Sequence record: ON287370.1
Length of the DNA: 64,000 nt
Reading direction: 5' to 3' (one strand)
Shown: in pieces, positions 58,291 through 64,000 of the stretch
Layout: each line of letters begins with the position of its first letter
Position numbering within the stretch: the first letter of the stretch is position 1
Notes under the pieces: generated by a model
Told to the model about the DNA's origin: nothing
The model's input: the letters and a program-made list of their open reading frames with translations, nothing else
Databases searched by the model: none
Program-made: the position numbers and the translations under genes

Positions 58291-60312
58291 TTAACGAGCG
58301 ATTGGATGACAGAATGCTTCTAAAGCACCACCCTGACGATTCTTGATCAGGAAGTTAATTGGACTACCCAGCAACGCACTACCCTGCCAACCATACAGCA
58401 AGGTATTGCCCAAACCACGACTCAGTACGGCATCATGCAAACTGATAAAGTTACGCGGTTCGTCACCGATCGGAATACCGAAGTCGAGATGCTCAGGATC
58501 TCGTGCCATACATGCCCACAAGAAGATAGAGTGCATGATACTATTCGCACCTTTATACTTCTCATCTACTACCTTCCAGAATGCAATCATGGTTTCGCCA
58601 TGTAACTCAGGAGTTACTTTGACATCCCAACGACGATTGATATTCGGGAACTTCAGGAATGTTTCAACACGTTTACGATAAGCATCCAGGTCTTCGTTTA
58701 CCAGTGGTAATTCGAATGCTGGTTCTTTGAAGTTGAAGTCTTTAAGACTAATCTTAAATGTACGACCTTCTTCTTCCATTGGTTTGCTCAGCAGATACTC
58801 AATGAACGGCTTAGTCATTCGAGCATCACGAGAAGCTACCGTAGTGATCACGATCGGATAATGAACTGCTTTACGATTATCGAACATTGGGTTAACGATG
58901 TTAACACGCAGTTTAATAGATTCATAAGTACGCAGACGAGATACATCAAGATCTTCAATGTTATCCATGAACTGGAAGTCAGAGAAGTCCTGCTGAGTTT
59001 CTTTATCCAAGATGATATACGGATCTGCTTCCTCGTTGAGGATACCTTTATTGAAATAGATGAAGTCTCCAGAATCATCCGTTGTGATATAGTCCACATC
59101 CTGACGTTGTACTACAAAGCCTTTTGCAGTTGCAGTACCGATACGGTGTTTGGTTTTCAAGATCGACTGACCAATAGGTTCCGCAAAAGTAGAGCCATAG
59201 AACAGACCTGGAACTGCAGACTTCTTAGTATATGGATTATACGGAAGTGCAGATTCCATCTTACCGAAACATTTGGAACAAGGCTTGCCATCATGGCCAG
59301 CATCTTTACACCATGCAACATCACGAATACGGATGATGTCACCAGTTTCGATTTTCTTCAGTTCTTCATAAGTCAGCAGAGTGGTTGTGCCATCATCATT
59401 AATCCGCCAACGACCAGCCAGAGACAATTTGAATTCCCTGGAGATGATCTTCAGAACTGGACCTGTTGTAGAACCACAGTCAGTTTGATAACGAACGCCC
59501 TGAACGACTTGAGACACGTTGTGGATCTTTTTATGGAACCATTCAGAGTCCTGCAAAGCCGAGCCGTTAGAGATCAGGGAGAAACCAGCGCCTTTGGAGT
59601 CACCCAATGAATCTGCCAGGTTAGTAATACCATCTGCATAAGACGTCATTACTGTATTTGGCAGGATCACGTTGTTCAAGTCAAACACGTCACCACGAGC
59701 AATTACCAATTGGAAAGACTGAGTTGGGTTAACGGCACGAGTACGATACAGAAGACCGAAGACAGACTTATCAAAAGCCGGATCTTCCATCATGATCTTT
59801 TCGAACTCTTTAGCTGCATCAGCCAAATTGGTTTTACCTTCCTGAACACGTTTCTTCAGGTCAGCTACCGGTGGATGACGATAACAATGAACAACGTCCA
59901 TAGCACGAGCAGACACAACACCAGTTTCAGAAACCACGCACATATAGTTATGAACCTGGTTGTGCCAAGTGAACACCAGCTGTTTGATGAAATCATAGAA
60001 AACCGGATCATCATATTTAGGCATCAAACGCCCCAGGAAGTGATCAATTGGTTCCTTGAGTACATCATCATCGATAAATGCTTGGCGGCCTTTAGGGGCC
60101 ACCAGGACTGCCAGTTCATCAACATGATAAGGCTCATCATTGAAGTGCCGATGAACAATCAGACTGAACCAGGAAAGAGCTAACATCCAACTATCTGTTA
60201 TGATCTTTTCACCCTGGTCATCCATTACTTCAACTTTAAACCGACGTTCGGTAAATTGAAGCATAGAGATCAGAGAGAGATTAGCGAACTCGCGCAGCTT
60301 TATCGTTTTCAT
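58291..60312 (-). CDS. rpoC: Non-virion RNA polymerase beta'-like subunit, C-terminal part (phiKZ gp74-like)
   Basis: 673 aa; QSFQLVIARG, DSEWFHKK, DCGS, C..CFG and AEPIGQSILKTKH (trigger-loop equivalent). Confidence 0.9.
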   Translation of the reverse strand: MKTIKLREFANLSLISMLQFTERRFKVEVMDDQGEKIITDSWMLALSWFSLIVHRHFNDEPYHVDELAVLVAPKGRQAFIDDDVLKEPIDHFLGRLMPKYDDPVFYDFIKQLVFTWHNQVHNYMCVVSETGVVSARAMDVVHCYRHPPVADLKKRVQEGKTNLADAAKEFEKIMMEDPAFDKSVFGLLYRTRAVNPTQSFQLVIARGDVFDLNNVILPNTVMTSYADGITNLADSLGDSKGAGFSLISNGSALQDSEWFHKKIHNVSQVVQGVRYQTDCGSTTGPVLKIISREFKLSLAGRWRINDDGTTTLLTYEELKKIETGDIIRIRDVAWCKDAGHDGKPCSKCFGKMESALPYNPYTKKSAVPGLFYGSTFAEPIGQSILKTKHRIGTATAKGFVVQRQDVDYITTDDSGDFIYFNKGILNEEADPYIILDKETQQDFSDFQFMDNIEDLDVSRLRTYESIKLRVNIVNPMFDNRKAVHYPIVITTVASRDARMTKPFIEYLLSKPMEEEGRTFKISLKDFNFKEPAFELPLVNEDLDAYRKRVETFLKFPNINRRWDVKVTPELHGETMIAFWKVVDEKYKGANSIMHSIFLWACMARDPEHLDFGIPIGDEPRNFISLHDAVLSRGLGNTLLYGWQGSALLGSPINFLIKNRQGGALEAFCHPIAR

Positions 60313-62389
60313 TTTCTTTCCTAAATCCTAAACCAAAATCAGAGAGCATGTTATCAATTACCTGGAGAGAGTGGTTCTTCTTCTCTTCACCAGGTAGGAC
60401 CAGACGCGGAATTTCGAATGGGTTGTCGGAACGAATTAATCGACGGACAGCTTCTTCTAACAATTCGGCGCTGTTGGCTAAAGCCAGTACTCGTACTGCT
60501 GCGCCACCACCTTTTTGGTTAATATATAAACGGCCTTCAGTTTCACCCACATTTCGGTTCAACGTTGCGCGATAGAAATCACGGGCACGTTCATGTTTGG
60601 ACAGAGATGTCGGCAGACCAAAGATGTTCAGCTTCGGAGTGGATTGACAAGAGATGTCATCACCGAATTTATCCAACATGATATAATAAACGGAACTAAT
60701 CACGATTGGATGGCGACTACGTTTCTTTTCACCCCATTCATTAATCCAAGTTACTGGAGTTGGTTGAATGTGCGGATATTTGTCTGCAAGACGTTCGATG
60801 ATCTTAACACCTTGAACATCGCCAGTGTTATTACCAAGCGCAGAGAACTCATTCTCATCCCGCATAATCCATTCCAGATGCTGCATGCGTTCTTCCGCAT
60901 TAAAAGCATCTGCCATTGCCCCATGATCAGGAGAAACGGTATCATAGAAATCACGTGCAAGCTGCCAGGCTTTCTTGAAGTCTTTGGCTTGATACGCTTT
61001 AACGATTTCTGGATAAAGATGGATATTGACAAAGTTGATATCTAATTCCATAAAGGAGTTAAAGATCTGTCGACGATAACCAGGAGTGTTACCAACAACC
61101 ATATCGGCCATTACGCCGTGATCATCAACCGGCGCACATTCAGATGGTAGAATCTTCATGATGACAGATTTGTTACCATCCATACCAGTATTCTTGAATC
61201 GAACTTGACCTTCAACATCTTCACGCAGAGAAACTTGGATACGCCAATCTTTCAACTGGATATTACCCAGCTTACGTTTGATCTTAGTATATTTACCATT
61301 AGAGTTTGGAGTGGTGAAATCACGAGTGATCTGACCTGCACCCATAAAGGTAATGAAGTTCCACAGTTCACGAGTCAGAGGCGGCTTCTTATCGATATAC
61401 TGTTTCTGTTTAGAACGATACCAGCTCACGATGCTATTTGCGAAACTGTTTTGTTCCTCTTCCAGTCTTTCCAGTAGACGAGTATGAGGTTGACTACGTT
61501 TCTCAGCACGTTTGTTATTGGATAGGTTCTTATAACGCTCAGTCTCAACTTTGATATCTGCAACGATACAGTTTGGAGATGAATAGAACAGAATGTCATA
61601 AATTGGATCTGGATTCATCAGAGCTGCTTTAGTTAAGCCAGCCATTGCTGCATCAGGATCCTTACGACGGAAGCCCATTACAATACCATCGCTACGAACC
61701 TTCTCACCAGACAGTGGAACACCTTGGTGATTATCCAGTGTGCCATACAGATTCAACATAACGTATTCTTCTTCGTTCCATTGGAACTCCAGATTACGTT
61801 TGAATGTTACACCAATCTTCTTGGCATAATGTTCAAAGATGAATACCGCATCCTCCTCGGTATACGAGTGAGACATCGCAGCTACTTTAGTCTCAACACC
61901 AGGACACCACTCATTGGACTCAGTGATTCGACTACTGGTCGCGAACACGGTACCTTTACGGAATCGAGCACCTTTAGTTAACTGACGCATCAGGTCGTTA
62001 TCATAATGATACTCAAAGCCAAGGTCCATATTTTGAGCATTGAACTTGGGCATCTCGATGAGATCATAGAAGCCAGTTTCTAGATCCTTAACGATTACAT
62101 AATAAGTACCCCACATGCTGGGTTCTTTTTCGTTAATGATGTCACGTACAAACAGAACCTCTTCGACTTCCACATCAGAGAGAGCTTGTACCTTTCGAGC
62201 AGTTCGTGCATATTCTTGTTCATCGCCAGAGGAATATTTGCGGTTAGTGGATCCCCAAATAACGGCAGCCTTACCTTGGTTCTTACCAAGCATATACAAA
62301 CGTGCAGAGGAGTTAGTTGCACGGTTTGGGTTCATACCGATGGCTAGGCCAGCAGTATTAGATTTTATTTGGTTATGTTTATTGCTCAT
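60281..62389 (-). CDS. rpoB: Non-virion RNA polymerase beta-like subunit, C-terminal part (phiKZ gp71-73-like), uninterrupted
   Basis: 702 aa; SSAR..M...N, YTEEDA, K..G.DGNK.V, P.D..G..AD, N..G.P, GETEGRL. Confidence 0.9.
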   Translation of the reverse strand: MSNKHNQIKSNTAGLAIGMNPNRATNSSARLYMLGKNQGKAAVIWGSTNRKYSSGDEQEYARTARKVQALSDVEVEEVLFVRDIINEKEPSMWGTYYVIVKDLETGFYDLIEMPKFNAQNMDLGFEYHYDNDLMRQLTKGARFRKGTVFATSSRITESNEWCPGVETKVAAMSHSYTEEDAVFIFEHYAKKIGVTFKRNLEFQWNEEEYVMLNLYGTLDNHQGVPLSGEKVRSDGIVMGFRRKDPDAAMAGLTKAALMNPDPIYDILFYSSPNCIVADIKVETERYKNLSNNKRAEKRSQPHTRLLERLEEEQNSFANSIVSWYRSKQKQYIDKKPPLTRELWNFITFMGAGQITRDFTTPNSNGKYTKIKRKLGNIQLKDWRIQVSLREDVEGQVRFKNTGMDGNKSVIMKILPSECAPVDDHGVMADMVVGNTPGYRRQIFNSFMELDINFVNIHLYPEIVKAYQAKDFKKAWQLARDFYDTVSPDHGAMADAFNAEERMQHLEWIMRDENEFSALGNNTGDVQGVKIIERLADKYPHIQPTPVTWINEWGEKKRSRHPIVISSVYYIMLDKFGDDISCQSTPKLNIFGLPTSLSKHERARDFYRATLNRNVGETEGRLYINQKGGGAAVRVLALANSAELLEEAVRRLIRSDNPFEIPRLVLPGEEKKNHSLQVIDNMLSDFGLGFRKENENDKAARVR

Positions 62390-62411
62390 TCACTAATACC
62401 TCTATGTTGAT

Positions 62412-62437
62412 TACATATAGATAATATCTGTCTGATT
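62412..62437 (-). promoter_or_regulatory. Putative early promoter for the nvRNAP beta/beta' operon
   Basis: AATCAGACAGATATTATCTATATGTA on the minus strand. Confidence 0.6.
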
Positions 62438-62468
62438 ATCTTTGGCTCAAAATTAATTGGAAACCGTT

Positions 62469-62804
62469 ATGCCTTTAATCGTTCCTTATGGTAATGCATA
62501 TTACTTTACCCCAGAATACAAAACAATCATTCGTTCTTGCAAAGAGATTTTGTTAGCACAAGCTTCTTTCTCTCCATTCATCGGGGATTCAATTAAGTTT
62601 GCTTATCGTTACAACTTCCACAAATTCCTTAGACAGTTGGGTGGTGAGAATCCATCTATCCCTGAGGAGTTGATCTGGACCATTAGTTATCTAAATGGTA
62701 TTGAAGATCCTAATCAGGACTTTATGCACTTAAAAGGAATCTATACCGTTACAGCAGAACAAATTGATTCTGTCATTCAAGTAACTCGTGTAAGAAGAGA
62801 ATAA
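62469..62804 (+). CDS. Conserved small protein (phiKZ gp70-like)
   Basis: YY.PEY...I...L...Y.YNF..FL...P....W....LNG...P pattern; divergent from nvRNAP beta; ATG 62469 (track start is a TTG). Confidence 0.6.
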   Translation: MPLIVPYGNAYYFTPEYKTIIRSCKEILLAQASFSPFIGDSIKFAYRYNFHKFLRQLGGENPSIPEELIWTISYLNGIEDPNQDFMHLKGIYTVTAEQIDSVIQVTRVRRE

Positions 62805-62825
62805 AAGAAAAACAAATATATAAAG

Positions 62826-62853
62826 CTACCACCTACTATAGAGTAGGTGGTAG
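62826..62853. terminator. Bidirectional terminator hairpin
   Basis: Perfect 12-bp stem CTACCACCTACT-ATAG-AGTAGGTGGTAG. Confidence 0.85.
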
Positions 62854-62876
62854 TTATTTACATAAATGTTTTCTAA

Positions 62877-64000
62877 TTAGTAGTTGTTAATCCCAACAGT
62901 ACCACCGTATTCCATTCCACCGATTGGATTCTGGAAGCCAGTGTTCATTGGTTGTTGGAAGTTGTTCTGCATCTGGTTACCTGCTGGTACGAAACCACCG
63001 GTATACGGATCACGAACAAACCCACCCATCTGCATACCCATAGGCAAACCGGTGTTTGGCATGCCGTTCATCATACCGGGGATTGGCATCATTCCTGGAA
63101 GACCGGTATTAGGGAGAGCCATCATGCCAGGCATGCCCATGTTGTTTTGCTGCATTGGGTTTTGGAAGTTCTCAGAAATGAAACGACCATCTTCAGCCAC
63201 ACAACGAACACGAACATAACCATTAGACTGTTGGAATTTAAATTCATAAATACCGTTAGTCTGGTTATAATCACAACCGATATAGTTCTCACCTGGCAGT
63301 GCATCTGGAGTCTTAGGAGCAGAAGCAGGAGTATTAGCACCAGTAGGAGCCGGTACATTTCCATTATCGCTAATAGTGTTCAGCACACCAGCCATTGGGT
63401 TATAGCTAGAGATACGAGCACCACTGTTAGACGCCGGAGCTTCTGGAGCAGAAGTCATGTTGTAGTTGTTATAATCCAGGGAAGGAATCAGTTTCTTGAT
63501 TTCACCGATTTCATCCAGATCAGACAACCATTCCAGATCGATACCATAAATACCAATGGAGTCAAACTCTTTACGGAACTTACCAATCAGACTGTTCAGG
63601 TCAGATGCAACCAGACCATACGAATGCAGATAAGCAACCAGACGTGCTGCATCAGGAGAAGTAGTGGAATACTTCTTACGAGATGGATCCAGACATGCCG
63701 GCAGTGCCAGTTCGAACAGAGCCTGAGTTGTACGCATAGCTTGCATGGATACATTCAGGTTATTGAAGTTCAGGCGATCACCTGGCTTCATGTGATCGTT
63801 CTGACCGATGGTCCGACACAGTTCAGTATAGAACGGGAAGCTTGGAGTAGCAGTATAATAGATGGACTCATCGTCATCCGTTTTACCACCTTTAATCAGA
63901 CTGAAGTTGATCAGTCGAGTATCCAACCCATTACCTTCAACAGTAATAGAGATCGTTTTGATAATATCGATCACTTCCTGTTTAACTGCTTTGGTTGCTG
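62877..64000 (-). CDS. PicA/Imp1-like phage-nucleus protein import factor (phiKZ gp69-like), 5'-truncated by the window edge
   Basis: Frame is open to the window end. L.KGG...A..SFP.Y.EL, ALF...LP....YS..S..A and W...L....IP.L..N match my recollection of the gp69 family; position is upstream of the gp70- and gp71-like genes. Confidence 0.55.
   Translation of the reverse strand, partial: ATKAVKQEVIDIIKTISITVEGNGLDTRLINFSLIKGGKTDDDESIYYTATPSFPFYTELCRTIGQNDHMKPGDRLNFNNLNVSMQAMRTTQALFELALPACLDPSRKKYSTTSPDAARLVAYLHSYGLVASDLNSLIGKFRKEFDSIGIYGIDLEWLSDLDEIGEIKKLIPSLDYNNYNMTSAPEAPASNSGARISSYNPMAGVLNTISDNGNVPAPTGANTPASAPKTPDALPGENYIGCDYNQTNGIYEFKFQQSNGYVRVRCVAEDGRFISENFQNPMQQNNMGMPGMMALPNTGLPGMMPIPGMMNGMPNTGLPMGMQMGGFVRDPYTGGFVPAGNQMQNNFQQPMNTGFQNPIGGMEYGGTVGINNY

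Noticed and set aside
61150-61200. KNTGMDGNKSV in nvRNAP beta lacks the His of bacterial GRHGNKG
   Set aside because: phiKZ-like RNAP subunits are known to be highly divergent here. Without an alignment I cannot claim this is unusual.
18627-62389. Inteins in DnaB, DNA polymerase, helicase or RNAP subunits
   Set aside because: Lengths match intein-free family members, and I saw no C/S...HN-C/S/T splice junctions or LAGLIDADG blocks.
493-62853. Repeated hairpins as a CRISPR array or IS ends
   Set aside because: They are dispersed single copies with no repeat-spacer periodicity, no cas or transposase gene and no target-site duplications.
1-64000. Stop-codon reassignment; tRNA or rRNA genes
   Set aside because: Core genes are full length in the standard code. 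I recognised no cloverleaf or rRNA-like sequence in the intergenic gaps by eye; tRNAscan-SE would confirm.

Overview
A 64-kb, AT-rich, densely coding segment of a phiKZ-like (nucleus-forming, Chimalliviridae-type) jumbo phage genome. The phiKZ gp numbers below come from remembered sequence motifs plus conserved gene order, not from a database search. Read right to left, the order follows roughly phiKZ gp69 to gp129. It begins with a PicA/Imp1-like import factor (cut by the window edge), two non-virion RNAP subunits (beta-C, beta'-C), an SF2 helicase and the virion RNAP beta'-M subunit. Next come the exonuclease-containing half of the split family-B DNA polymerase, a ~23-kb baseplate/inner-head protein block, DnaB, major capsid, the non-virion RNAP beta-N subunit, portal and RuvC. 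An overlapped i/o-spanin pair sits at the left edge. Accessory inserts include a free-standing HNH endonuclease, a tandem paralog pair and small early ORFs. Non-coding signals are seven minus-strand copies of an early-promoter-like motif, a family of ~15 sequence-related terminator hairpins, a duplicated ~65-bp element and two unexplained intergenic tracts. I recognised no tRNA, rRNA, CRISPR array, intron or intein. The most interesting leads are a low-complexity Met/Gly/Pro/GF tail on the PicA-like protein, an HExxH zinc-protease motif in a membrane-anchored head protein, a promoter-equipped HNH nuclease beside an RNAP gene, and a duplicated-domain membrane protein next to the spanins.
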